DNA from: Octopus vulgaris
Lineage: Eukaryota
Assembly: GCA_951406725.2 (NCBI GenBank)
Contig: OX597821.1
Location: 45,508,001-45,572,000, forward strand
DNA length: 64,000 nucleotides
Reading direction: 5' to 3'
Part shown: piece by piece, positions 22,675 to 38,593 of the stretch
Layout of the letters: each line of letters starts with the position of its first letter
How positions within the stretch are numbered: position 1 is the first letter of the stretch
Position numbers and translations under genes: made by a program
Notes under the pieces: generated by a model
Told to the model about the DNA's origin: nothing
Databases searched by the model: none
Seen by the model: only the letters and a program-made list of their open reading frames with translations

Positions 22675-24305
22675 GCAGGATGTTAGAATTTGTGATGCAA
22701 ATGCAAAGAATAGAAGAAGAGTCCATGGCCACACTGCAATTGTACAACAGGTGTGTAATACATTTTGAAGCATGATACATGTATGCAAGCAAGATGTTAC
22801 AATTTGTGATGCAAATGCAAAGAATAGAAGAAGAGTCCATGGCAGCACTGCAATTGTACAACAGGTGTGTAATACATTTTGAAGCATGATACATGTATGC
22901 AAGCAGGATGTTAGAATTTGTGATGCAAATGCAAAGAATAGAAGAAGAGTCCATGGCAGGACAGCAATTGTACAACAGGTGTGTAATACATTTTGAAGCA
23001 TGATACATGTATGCAAGCAGGATGTTAGAATTTGTGATGCAAATGCAAAGAATAGAAGAGTCCATGGCTGCACTGCAATTGTACAACAGGTGTGTAATAC
23101 ATTTTGAAGCATGATACATGTATGCAAGCAGGATGTTAGAATTTGTGATGCAAATGCAAAGAATAGAAGAAGAGTCCATGGCAGCACTGCAATTGTACAA
23201 CAGGTGTGTAATACATTTTGAAGCATGATACATGTATGCAAGCAGGATGTTACAATTTGTGATGCAAATGCAAAGAATAGAAGAAGAGTCCATGGCCGCA
23301 CTGCAATTGTACAACAGGTGTGTAATACATTTTGAAGCATGATACATGTATGCAAGCAGGATGTTAGAATTTGTGATGCAAATGCAAAGAATAGAAGAGT
23401 CCATGGCCACACTGCAATTGTACAACAGGTGTGTAATACATTTTGAAGCATGATACATATATGCAAGCATGATGTTAGAATTTGTGATGCAAATGCAAAG
23501 AATAGAAGAAGAGTCCATGGCAGGACTGCAATTGTACAACAGGTGTGTAATACATTTTGAAGCATGATACATATATGCAAGCAGGATGTTAGAATTTGTG
23601 ATGCAAATGCAAAGATTAGAAGAAGAGTCTATGGCCACACTGCAATTGTACAACAGGTGTGTAATACATTTTGAAGCATGATACATGTATGCAAGCAGGA
23701 TGTTACAATTTGTGATGCAAATGCAAAGAATAGAAGAAGAGTCCATGGCCGCACTGCAATTGTACAACAGGTGTGTAATACATTTTGAAGCATGATACAT
23801 GTATGCAAGCAGGATGTTAGAATTTGTGATGCAAATGCAAAGAATAGAAGAAGAGTCCATGGCAGGACTGCAATTGTACAACAGGTGTGTAATACATTTT
23901 GAAGCATGATACATGTATGCAAGCAGGATGTTACAATTTGTGATGCAAATGTAAAGAATAGAAGAAGAGTCCATGGCAGGACTGCAATTGTACAACAGGT
24001 GGTTAATACATTTTGAAGCATGATACATGTATGCAAGCAGGATGTTACAATTTGTGATGCAAATGCAAAGAATAGAAGAAGAGTCCATGGCCGCACTGCA
24101 ATTGTACAACAGGTGTGTAATACATTTTGAAGCATGATACATATATGCAAGCAGGATGTTACAATTTGTGATGCAAATGTAAAGAATAGAAGAAGAGTCC
24201 ATGGCCACACTGCAATTGTACAACAGGTGTGTAATACATTTTGAAGCATGATACATGTATGCAAGCAGGATGTTACAATTTGTGATGCAAATGTAAAGAA
24301 TAGAA
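22675..24305. repeat. 114-bp tandem repeat, ~14 copies (some 111-bp variants)
   Basis: Unit caggatgttagaatttgtgatgcaaatgcaaagaatagaagaagagtccatggc...gtatgcaag recurs every 114 nt. Confidence 0.95.
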
Positions 24306-25084
24306 ATAGCAGCCAGTTAATTCTCTCAAATGTCACATTACTATCGGTTATACAGAAATTTATGCCTGCAGGAAAAAAAAATGAGCAGATTACAGTGAGA
24401 TTGTCTTATCATCGTGGGTTTTCTTCGATCAGGTTGACCTTGAGTTAAATAACAACATAAAGTTCCAATAGAAATCACTCCAGTAACCTCTATGTTGTAG
24501 AATCAATTACTGCTTACTGCTGAGAAGGAAAGAAATATGAGACAGACACAGTTGCTAGAAATAGCAGTCAAATCTACACCACTTCTAGCTATCTTTAAAA
24601 CGGGGGTGAAAGACGCGACAAAGCGGTTGTTTGTTCGGCTTGAAATAGCAGCTATTTAGCTCCAACCACTCCCAAACCACCTTAAAAAAGGAATGGAAAG
24701 ACGAGACACAGCGACTGCCTATTCTGCTAGAAATAGAAGCCAAATCGTCACTGCTAACCTTTGTAAAAAGGGGACTGTGCGATAATGTAGTGTTAGATAC
24801 TCGAAAAAGTGATGGTCACGGTTGAGTTGGGAAAGCCTTTCGTCATTGTTCTCTTTGAAAAGGCTTGGTTTAGGACTAAGTAATAAACCTGTGCAGGGTC
24901 ACTTTGACGGAAAATGTAGAATCGGGAAGTTCGCGATCGATAATATAACAAAACAAAAAAGTCCCAGAACTACACGTAAACACACACATACGAAAATGCA
25001 TGTGTGTATGTATCTATGTTTGTGTGTGTGTGTATGTATGTGTATGTATGTGTGTGTATGTATGTGTGTGTATGTATGTATGGC

Positions 25085-25727
25085 CGATTCAGTGTTTACA
25101 TTATTTCGAGTTGTTTACATTTCACGTATGTTATTGTAAATAATAAGCGAAAACCTAAACAATTCACCTAGACTAGCCATTTTAAAAATTATTGTTTGTA
25201 AAACAGCTCAAATTATTAGTTTTGTATAAAATTTTAAACAGAAATTAAATAAAATACAGTCAGACCTCCGCACATGTTCTCTTCTTAATGAGGCACTGGT
25301 AAAACGGAAAATTGACAAAGATTTACTTTAAGGCTGTAATGATAATAATGTAAATGACAGAATTATGTGAACCTCTCGATGTTACAGTAATTAGTTTTCG
25401 AAGCGAAAACGAAATTTAAAACGACGGAAATATAATTTGCTCGTCTTAGTTAATAATTTCCAAACTGTGCACAGTTGCCTACGTCACAAAATAGCTTTCT
25501 ACATCACACTAAGAGAATGCAGTAAAGTATTACATATGAAAACAAACAATATGATTGGTTAAAATTCGCAGATTTAATCTAAGATTAAAGTCATAAAATA
25601 GATTTTTCTCAAATAAACAAGTTGGAATTAGTGTTTTGTTTTGAGACACTCTACCAATACACGAAGTTTCAAATTATTTAGTTAACTAGAAAAATCTGAC
25701 GTCCAGGCGACGAAAATGAAAAGATCC
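25085..25727. mobile_element. Right end of a GGATCTTTTC-TIR element (related to 8315-9389)
   Basis: 25480-25700 is homologous to 9140-9360; ends gaaaagatcc. Confidence 0.7.
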
Positions 25728-26918
25728 AAAAATAACAGCTAATTAATCAATAATGTATTCACCCTTGTTGTTTACAACTTCTTCCTAACGTTCAACAAGA
25801 TTTTTAATACCTCGTTGGTAGAAATCACCAGATTTCGACTCGGAAAATTAATCCAACAATGGTCTCAATTCTGCAGCAGTATTGAACGAAACTCCGCGCA
25901 TAGCATTTGAAAGAGATCAAAAGAGGTGGAAATCCGTTAGTGCCAGATCAGGAGAGTACGGCGGGTATGGCAACACTTCCCAGCCATGCGTTTCAATGGT
26001 TTCCTTGGTCATATTGGCGATATGAGGGCAGGCATTGTCGTGCAGCAGAAGAACTCTATGCTGACGATTAGGTCTTTTCTCTTGAATAGCCATGTTGAGT
26101 CGTTCCATCTGTTGAGCATAGAGTTCCACGTTGACCGTTTGGTTCCGTTCAAGCGATTCGTAATGGATAATCCCTTCCCAGTCCCACCATACGCACAACA
26201 TCGTTTTACACGGATGAAGATCTTGTTTCACGCGCGCTGTCGCTTGTTTACCAGTGCTAAGCCATTCCTTACGCTGCTTCATATTGATGTACAGGCACCA
26301 TTTTTCGTCGTCATTAACAATTCGGTAAAGAAATCGTTGCTTGTGTCCATGAGTTGAGCGGTGACGAGCAAGCAAACCAGCGGAGATTGTGGCTCGTTGA
26401 TTTTTGCTGTTGTCACTTAAAGCATGCAGAACCCATGCTCTGAATCTTTCCCATCGAGTGAAGATGCTTCTCTATAGCAATGTGGCAGCATTCCATTTTC
26501 TCTGCTAGTTCCCTTGTCGTTTGACGAGAATTTTCGTGCAAAAGTTGGTTTAATCGCCCTTCATCGAACTCAACTGGATGGCCAGAACAGGGTGTGTCTT
26601 TGAGGTCAAAATTTCCACTTTTGAACTTGGCATACCAATCACGAGCGGTTCTTTCAGCTATGGCACCCTCTCCATACACAGCACAAATGAATCTTGATTA
26701 AAAGCAAAAAGAAGGAGGTGTGGAAAATGTTCGTTTCTTAACTTGACATTCTATTTTAAAGATCTGAAAATAAGCAAAAACTAACTAAAATTAACTAAAA
26801 AAAAAAAAAGATTCCAAAATGATTCAAAAATAGAATTCTCGAAAATAGATTCCAAAATTTAAAAACGCAATAAATTCCAGAATTTAAAAAAACCGTGGAA
26901 ACTTAGTTGCCAACTCAA
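25728..26918 (-). mobile_element. Degenerate mariner lacking its 3' TIR
   Basis: KTMLCVWWDWEGIIHYE, LLHDNACPH, PYPPYSPDLALTDFHLF. 5' TIR at 26891-26918 followed by TA. Confidence 0.92.
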
Positions 26919-26959
26919 TATATATATGTAAGGAAATAGAGAAGACCTACATAGAGTAG

Positions 26960-27300
26960 AGGTAAATAAAACAAGCATTCCAGAATGAATTTGTAATGTC
27001 ATTGTGCATGAATTCAGGATACAAATGAACTGAAAGAGAAGAGGGTTGCATAAGTGTAGTGTGGAAGAGGCAGGGTAGCATTGGTATGGGTATGTGAGAT
27101 GTATAGAGGCTGATTGTTGCATAAGGAAGTGCTATATACTCTGAGTTAGTGAAACTTGCATAAGTGGGTGACTGAGGAAGATTTAGGATGAAGTGATGAA
27201 GACTGATCTGAATATACTGCATCTTTTGGAAATGATGACTAACTGTATTGGTTGGTGATGCAGTTGCTGCCGAAAGCCAATGCAAAATGTATATTGAAAC
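26960..27300 (+). mobile_element. Highly decayed RTE-like LINE 3' fragment
   Basis: Remnant resembling RL.WYGHV.RM (cattggtatgggtatgtgaga). Weak. Confidence 0.35.
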
Positions 27301-28424
27301 AAGGATACTGATTAAAGGCTGGGATATTTTGTATCTTGCCAAGTCTACATTTGCTGACAGGCCTTTCATCTTTGACCTCACTCTCATTTACTTATAGCTC
27401 CCCCTATTTCTCTCCCCATCTCTCTATCACTCATTTCCCATCAGTTCTCATCTCCTTGCTACCCCTGTTGATTTCCTCACTTTTCACTAGGTCTAGGTAT
27501 AAGGGACTGCATCGGACCATTCTCATTCTATACCTCAATTCTCATCTCTATGCCATGAAGAAGAGACTGTAGTGAATCATCTGTGCCCAATACACTCTAA
27601 CTTCACTCTTTCTATACTGTCAACAATCACGATCCTTTCTTTGAGCCAGTTCTACTCTCACCCATTACCAACTTCTCTCTTATTTCATCTCTTTCTATTG
27701 CCTTTGTCCATCTCTGCTATTGTCCACTCATCACCTCTCATAATTCTGCCTTTTTAATCATACTTTTGCTCCTATCACCCACCCATTCTAGTTTTCCTGC
27801 TGCCATCATTTCTTTATTCTCCTCTAAGTCAACTGAGTGAAAGTACGCCATTAGTTATCCAGTACTCTTTAGTCTTGTACTCTTGCCTTTTTATCCACCA
27901 ATTTCTGACCTTCCTCCTGTCATTATTCTTCTTCCTTGCTCTCCCTCTTCTCTATTCCTCTCCATTGTTACATCTTAGATTACTGATCACTCTTTACATT
28001 TATTATGTACAAGGCCTCACCCCGTCTCATGTGCTGGTGTCTCAGTGGTAACCTTTCACTGCCCCATGCATTCTCTAGTGTGCTCAGTATGAACCTCTCT
28101 AGCACTGGTGCCATAAAAAATATTGTAAACTGGATGTAAAGAGATGGTGTATGAGTGGGGAATGCATAATTTTGTGAGGTTCCTTCAATCAAGTTTCACC
28201 AAAGACTTAAAAATCTTTCTAGTGTTGTTATCATGAGAAAATGCACGACTGATAGGAAGAACATCCAGCCATAAAAACCAAGCATCAGTTTATGTGAGCA
28301 GAGGCTCATTATATAAACTGACACTGACTGTGAGCCTGTTCAACCAATACTAATATAAGAAGCAGACATAAATTGATGAATATGATGATATGCAGATATT
28401 TATACAATTATATATGTATATGTA

Positions 28425-28531
<107 letters not shown>

Positions 28532-28694
28532 TGATTGCTAATTATTCTAATAGTTATAATGTTAGATCATAATTTATTAAATTATATTTTTTGACCATAT
28601 CTCTGTATTCATTTCACTTGTCATACAAATCCACTCTTGAAGTGAAAGAGTGAAAATGAAAAGATTATTTTTGATATATACATAAACCAAGGTG

Positions 28695-28905
28695 TTGATC
28701 TGGTAGAATCATTAGCATACATGGTAAAATGCTTAGCAGCATTTTGTCCATCTTTACATTTTGAGTTTGAATTCTGCTGAGATTGACTTTGCATTTTATT
28801 TTTTCACGGTCGATAAAATAAGTACCAGTTGAGCACTGAGGTTGATGTAATTGACTTAGCCCCTCCTCTAAAATTACTGGCCTTGTGCCAAAATTTGAAG
28901 CCAAT
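28695..28905 (+). mobile_element. tRNA-derived SINE with Meta-like domain (decayed)
   Basis: gactttgc..ttt..cc..gtcgataaa..agtaccag core, as in the copies at 33888, 46430 and 58932. Confidence 0.65.
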
Positions 28906-29800
28906 AATCACAAAACCCACATTAAACAAATGAGAAGCAAAATGGTGGTTCATGAAATTTCAATTCTAATCAAATTAGTACCCCATTAGACACAGTATAT
29001 AATAATCTAGTGAAATATTCTGCAATATGTTACAAGAAATTGCAATGGAAAAGAGAATAGAAGCAAGGGCAGTGATGTTCTTAATTATTCTCATGGGTTT
29101 TAACAATAGATGTGAAGCAATTCAATTTGTAATGAGAATCAAAACTATTTTTGTTATATTTTAGTGTAGGAAAATTAGCAAACACAGTATCAAAATATCG
29201 TTACTGACAGTGTTTGCCTTCAAAATGAAGTAATTTTAATTTCAGCAAACACAATCGATTCATTTCTCTTCAAATAAAATAATGATTATCAGCATTCCTT
29301 TAATCTATAAGGTTTTGTAATGGTTCAGAAGGTAAGCTGTTATCCTGTTATCTGAAATGTTGTTTTCATATTCCATCTCTACCACAGCACTGAGTTCTAA
29401 TGAAGGAGTTAAACCAATTTTTGTATACACTTATCTGAAAGGAGTGTAAAGAGAATTGAGGATGGAGAACATTTCAAAGAACATGGACATTTGGCAAATA
29501 GTTTGGTGGTGTACAGGACTCTCATACCAGACCAAATAAATATTAAATTTCACAAAGATATTCATTTAAATCTTTATCAATTTCATTAGGCTTTTATTTA
29601 TAGGGAGTCATATTGCTTTCAGGACATTTGGTGCTCATGAGCACTGTATACAATAAGCTCTGAGGTCGAAAATTCTGCTAAGTTCGACATCACCTTTCAT
29701 CCTCTTGGGCGTCGATAAAATTAGTACCAAGTGAACATCAGGGTAAATGTAATCGACATACCCCAACCCCGAAATTGCTGGCCTTGAAATCATCATCATT

Positions 29801-30697
29801 ATTACATGGAAAAATGCGAGCATAAAAAGTAAGACAAGTTATTACACCTGTAAAAGTATAGGACAAACTATTACTTCAAGTAAAGTAAAGAATAAGAAAC
29901 TTTTTACTTAAAATATTGCAGCAAAGAATGCCAGTTTTTCTAATTTATCACTCTTTACAGTTCTCATCTTTTAAATTTATTGTACAAAACTGTTCAACTA
30001 ATTTGTAAGTTTGTCTAATTACTCTTTTTTCTTTTACTTGTTTCAGTCATTTGACTGTGGCTATGCTGGAACACCGCCTTTAGTCAAACAAATCGACTCC
30101 AGGACTTATTCATTGTTAGCCAAGTACTTATTCTATCAGTCTCTTTTGCCGAACCGCTAAGTTACGAGGACGTAAACACACCAGCATCGGTTGTCAAGCA
30201 ATGTTGGGGGGACAAGCAGAGACACACAAGCACATACACACACATACAAATATACATATATACAATAGGCTTCTTTCAGTTTCCGTCTACCAAATCCACT
30301 CACAAGGCTTTGGTTGGCCCGAGGCTATAGTAGAAGACACTTGCCCAAGGTGCCACGCAGTGGGACTGAACCTGGAACCTTGTGGTTCATAAGCAAGGCA
30401 CTTACCACACAGCCACTCCTACATCTATTAGTCACTTTTTTCTGTATCTACGATAGTAAATTAGCCAAGTTCTACTTAAATAAGTATAGTGTTATTTGTA
30501 AACTATAATAAAATAATTTTTAATATTCAAATTTTAATTTTAGCTACAATATTTTAAGTAAAAAGTTTCTTATTCTTTACTTTACTTGAAGTAATAGCTT
30601 GTTCTATACTTTTACAAGTGTAATAACTTGTCCTGTACTTTTCCAGGTTTATAATCTTAAGAATATTACTTTTCATGCTCACATTTTTCCATGTAAT
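29801..30697. mobile_element. MITE with ~130-bp TIRs, interrupted by a SINE (30021-30420, minus)
   Basis: attacatggaaaaatg...ctttttacttaaaatattg is inverted at 30545-30697. Confidence 0.75.
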
Positions 30698-31763
30698 CCA
30701 TGATTTTTCCAGGCAATGCTGTTATAAGATAATTAATAATGTGTCAATTAATAATGTAAGATTTTATCTTATAAAATACTGAAAGATAATATTTCAATTT
30801 TTCCATGTAAGTGATGATAATATTTCAATTTTTTTCATGTTTAATTTAAATATATGTTGTGATTGAATTATTTAATATTACCAATCCACACCAAATTAAT
30901 GGCAGGGATTTTTACCATGTAGTTGGTTGCACCATGGCTCACCAAAAGCTACAAACAACAAGCCCCCAAAACCATCAGTTATCAGGCTTAATAACCTAAT
31001 TTTGCAAAAAAAAATTACTATTATTATACCTTCAATTTTATGTAAATATTTGGTTTTTCATAAATTAAAACCATTTTTAATTTCTAAATTCAAGAAAATG
31101 TTCTTGTTTATTTTTTAAAAATCAATCATATTAATCTACACCTTAAATTTAATTTTTAGACACAATTTCACTGAATTTTGTTTTTTAGTTTTTTACATTT
31201 TTTTCCATAAATAATAAAACAATGATTGGCAGAAGTTAGAGAGTAAGTCAAAAGCTGAGAGTTTCGTGTATTGGCACTTACCAAACATGAATTTGTCCAT
31301 TGTCACTCTGTAAATTCTAACGAAATAACTTCTAAAATACAAAATTTTGTCCAAAACGTTAAGAGTAAACACTGTTCTATGTGACACATTCGACTAGTAT
31401 TGGAAGTTTGAAAGTGTTTAGTTAAGAAAAATTAATTAAATAATCTGTATGTCTAATTAAATAGATCCGAAATGGATGAAAGGCAAAGTCGACCTCAGCG
31501 AAATTTGAACTCAACAATGTAAAGATAGATGAAATACCATTAAGCATTTCACCCGGCGCACCAACGTTTCTGCCAACTTGCTGCCTTAGAAAGTAAATAA
31601 AATCTTCTCTTAAACATTCTGCCTGGTTGTGTCTACCTTTTCCTTCTGGCACTTATCCTTTTTTATATTTACTATATTGACTGTGCGATGTACTAAAGGT
31701 GCCATTCTTGTCCCCTCTCCTCGTTTACACATACATACATACATACATACATATATACATACT

Positions 31764-31828
<65 letters not shown>

Positions 31829-31950
31829 TGTGATCACGTGATCACGTGACCGACCAGACCATCAGATGTTGTTACACATCGCTGGTCACAATGCGTTCGC
31901 ATTGTTTTAGCCTTCGAATGACGCCACCCCGCTGGCTTAGCGAGCAGGCC

Positions 31951-32014
<64 letters not shown>

Positions 32015-32218
32015 GATATAGGTTTCAAAGAGAAAAGAGACTACATGTGGTATAAATAGAGGAAAAGTAAAAAGAAAAAAGAAAAAATGCACATTGAATA
32101 TTAAAATAAAGAATTTTTTTATGAAGAGTAAAGATATATATATATACAATTAGATGAACAGAGGTAGAATTAAGAGGAATAAAAGTCATTATTATGAATT
32201 ATTAAAGAGATTCAAAGT

Positions 32219-32321
32219 AAAAAAATATGGAACACTTCACGAATTTGCATGTCATTCTTGCGCAGGGGCCATGCTAATCTTCTCTGTATCATTCCAATTT
32301 TAGTATATGTATTACCAAAGC
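32219..32321 (-). pseudogene. U6: U6 snRNA-derived copy (near full length, 5' ~6 nt missing)
   Basis: Reverse complement reads catatactaaaattggaatgatACAGAGAagattagcatggcccctgcgcaagaatgacatgcaaattcgtgaagtgttccatattttt; several substitutions. Confidence 0.93.
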
Positions 32322-32375
32322 ATGGCCCCTGCATAAGGATGACATGCAAATTTGTGAAGCGTTCCATATTTTTTT
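32319..32375 (+). pseudogene. U6: U6 snRNA 3' half, inverted relative to the first copy
   Basis: agcatggcccctgcataaggatgacatgcaaatttgtgaagcgttccatattttttt. Confidence 0.92.
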
Positions 32376-32539
32376 ACTCTGAATCTCTTTAATAACTTAT
32401 AATATTGACTTTTATACCTCTTAATTCTACATCAGTTCATCTAATTGTATACATATATATATTTACTCTTCATAAGAAAGCCTTTATTTTTTAAATCCAA
32501 TGTGCATTTTCTCTTTTTTCTTTTTCCTTTTTACTTTTC

Positions 32540-32686
<147 letters not shown>

Positions 32687-32858
32687 TGTCTGTGTTTGTC
32701 CCTCACCACTGCTTGACAACTGGTGTATTTATGTCCTTGTAACTTAGCAGTTTGGCAAAAGAGACTGATAGGATAAGTACCAGGCTTTACAAAAATTTTT
32801 CAAGGTGATGCCCTAGCATGGCTGCAATCAAATGACTGAAACAAATAAAAGAATAAAA

Positions 32859-32905
<47 letters not shown>

Positions 32906-33836
32906 CATACATACACTGTGCTTTGAGGCATACATTGTGTAAACATGTAATGTAAACATTCAATCATTTTCACTATCTTTCACATGTAATTGTTGACCCT
33001 CCAAAGCTGTCTTTGAGCATATGTTGACCTACTGGTTTTGGTTGTAAATTTTCACCTGAAAAATTCAACTTGTATTCTAGAAAATAAGGTATCTCCCCAC
33101 TTGCACTCACCTTTCTCTCTTGCTCTCTCTCTCTCACTCTCTCTCCAAAACACACACATACACAGATTCACACGGACGTTAAACGATGATGATGATGATG
33201 ATGACAGTATACTTTCAATGGGAAAAATTTGCATTACAAATTGTAATAAATTTCTAATTCAGATTATAATTAACTTATTCCACTGTGCTGCACTTTTAAT
33301 TTGAATTACTGATAAAATCAAAACCATTTCAAGAATTCAAGATCCTTGCTGTAAATTGACTTTAAAAGAATCTTGATTCAATAAGGAATGGAAACTAATC
33401 ACAATTCACTTGAGAAAGTTTATGATGACATTTAATTATTATTATCCATAAATGGAAATAAAAAATGAAACACTTTGTTAAAATTAACAAAAGACATTTT
33501 TAAAAATATCTTATTGAAAGTACATAAGAATTTCCAGTAATTAAAATTCTTTGATAAGTGTATTTAATACAAAAATGATAAATAAAACTAAATGTTTATT
33601 TACAAAGCAAACTATGAGAAGTAATGGTTTGTACCTTTACCTTGTATTTCAATATATCAAGCTAAAATTTTAAACCATGGATCAAGTTTTATTATACAGT
33701 TAGTTACATTGTTCTTCATTAAGACCTATATATGTTTCCACTGCAATCTGGTGCTTGACCAAAATTATTCTCTTATGTGTTGTTAGCATTACTACAAATT
33801 GTCATATATCTCTAGTCATATGTGTGTGTGTGTATT

Positions 33837-33887
<51 letters not shown>

Positions 33888-33889
<2 letters not shown>

Positions 33890-34105
33890 TTCTTTACTAC
33901 CCACAGGGGGGACAAACAAGGACAGACAAACGGATTAAGTCGATTACATCACCGCCAGTGCGTAACTGGTACTTAATTTATCGACCCCTAAAGGATGAAA
34001 GGCAAAGTCAACCTCGGCGGAATTTGAACTCAGAACGTAACGACAGACGAAATACGGCTACGCATTTCGCCCGGCGTGCTAACAATTCTGCCAGCTCGTT
34101 GCCTT
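33888..34105 (-). mobile_element. tRNA-derived Meta-type SINE (other copies 31465-31590, 46430-46626 +, 57650-57775, 58932-59105)
   Basis: A/B boxes (tggcagaattg, gagttcaaattcc), cctttcatcctt..ggggtcgataaa domain, tail gtgggtagtaaagaa. Confidence 0.8.
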
Positions 34106-34157
<52 letters not shown>

Positions 34158-34595
34158 GTGTATGTATGTATGTATGTATGTATGTATGTATGTGTATGTG
34201 TGTGTTTGAGTGTGTGTGTATCTGTAGATATAACCTTGAAATTGAGAATGATTTGCATGTCATTTTGTGAAGAGCAAAACCCAGGAGATATTAACATAAA
34301 CGTTTTGGGATATTTTACAAAATTCTTCCATAAATTCTTCAGTCCTCAAGAGACAATCTAATAATTTTTCTTTTTTTATAAAAATGGAATTCTTTAAAAA
34401 AAATGTTCTTATAAAATACCAATTAACACCAAAGTTCGTACAAATCACGTGTAAAATTATAACAAAAAAGGCAAAAATTTCCCAAACTTAGTTTACGACT
34501 GTTTTCTTGAATAAATATGTATATATATTGAATACGTATGTATGTAAATAAATATATATATATATATGCACACACAAATATACATATATATATAT

Positions 34596-34653
<58 letters not shown>

Positions 34654-34657
<4 letters not shown>

Positions 34658-34956
34658 AAACAAGTCAAGATAGAAAATGCTAAAATAATTTTATAAAGAA
34701 CATATCAGTACCGGTTTCAGTCTTTTTGAGGCCTTCTCAACTCTCTCTCTCTTTACTCTTTTACTTGTTTCAGTCATTTGACTGCGGCCATGCTGGAGCA
34801 CCGCCTTTAGTCGAGCAAATCGACCCCGGGACTTATTCTTTGTAAGCCCAGTACTTATTCTATCGGTCTAGTTTGCCGAACCGCTAAGTGACGGGGACGT
34901 AAACACACCAGCATCGGTTGTCAAGCAATGCTAGGGGGACAAACACAGACACACAA

Positions 34957-34991
<35 letters not shown>

Positions 34992-35357
34992 CATATATAC
35001 GACAGGCTTCTTTCAGATTCCATCTACCAAATCCACTCACAAGGCATTGGTCAGCCCGGGGCTATAGCAGAAGACACTTGCCCAAGATGCCACGCAGTGG
35101 GACTAAACCCGCAACCATGTGGTTGGTTAACAAGCTACTTACCACACAGCCACTCCTGCGCCTATGTAACGATTAAATAATTAAATTTTTATATTTGAAC
35201 ACTATGCAAATATTCTTTTAAAAGAACTTTTCTTTTAATTTTTCTAAATTTAATTATTTAATTGTTACAGTTGAAAAGGTCTCAAAAAGACTGAAAACGG
35301 TACTGAAATGTTCTTTATAAAATTATTTTAGCATTTTCTATCTTGACTTGTTTTTTC
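34654..35357. mobile_element. Fold-back element with variant HHR-like motif in each arm, interrupted by a SINE
   Basis: 34654-34742 plus 35165-35190 is the reverse complement of 35245-35357. (TA)n on both sides. Confidence 0.75.
34750..35162 (-). mobile_element. Full-length CORE-type SINE (other copies 30021-30420, 38702-39090, 45516-45886, 60625-61070)
   Basis: Same family as 10955-11288; tRNA head gcgcaggagtggctgtgtggtaag. Confidence 0.85.
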
Positions 35358-35391
35358 ATATATATCAACTTGTGTGTTCCTTTTCATCCTT

Positions 35392-35522
<131 letters not shown>

Positions 35523-35555
35523 TATGTATATATATACATACAAACGTACATACAT

Positions 35556-35586
<31 letters not shown>

Positions 35587-35718
35587 ACTTACTTGGAAAG
35601 GGATGCGTGGCGTTCGATCATATAATAATATAAAGAATATATATAATTAATATAAATATATTTATATATTATTTATATTCTATTCTATTCTATTATATTA
35701 TATTATATTATATATATA

Positions 35719-37662
<1,944 letters not shown>

Positions 37663-37829
37663 ATGCACACACACATTTAATTGCCAAATAATGTAACATG
37701 GCAAGTTACAGTAGCTTGAAAATAATTACGTAGAAGTTGTTTCCCTTTGATTATTGACAAACTGCAGAAGCGAACGACTAACATTGTTTACTGAGAGTAT
37801 ATTTTCAAGAAATGCACACAGACACCGCG

Positions 37830-37875
<46 letters not shown>

Positions 37876-38205
37876 TTCACACACACACGCACGTATATGT
37901 ATTTATATACACATATGCGAGTGTGTGTGTTGTGTGTGTGTGTGTATGTATGTGTGTGTGTGTATGTGTGTGTCTACCTGTCTGTATATGTTTTTAATTC
38001 GTTTTACTTGTTTCAGACAAGTAAAAAAAAAATCACCTTTTTTGTCTAATCGGATTCTTTTGACGAACCATTAAGTTACTGGGTTGTAAATACATCAGCA
38101 TCGGTTGTCAACAGCCAGAGATGATGACAAGTCTGTGACCAGCGTCATAGAGGACGTAACTAACGACCCTCGGTACCACCGACACATATGATGAACAAAC
38201 CATTG

Positions 38206-38254
<49 letters not shown>

Positions 38255-38513
38255 ACGGGTTTTTTTTTCAGGTTTCTGCCGACTAAATCCACTCACACAC
38301 ATATATATATATAATATATATATAATATATATATACGCATATATATATATGCATATATATGTGTGTGTATGTATATATATGTTTGTATTATGTATATATA
38401 TATATACACACACACACATATCTATACATACATAAACACACACACATTATATATGTATGTATGTATGTATGTACGTGTGTGTATATGTGTGTATGAATAT
38501 ATACATATATATG

Positions 38514-38593
<80 letters not shown>

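Noticed and set aside
32219-32321. Functional U6 gene
   Set aside because: 5' end truncated, no upstream PSE/TATA (replaced by the inverted copy), multiple substitutions.
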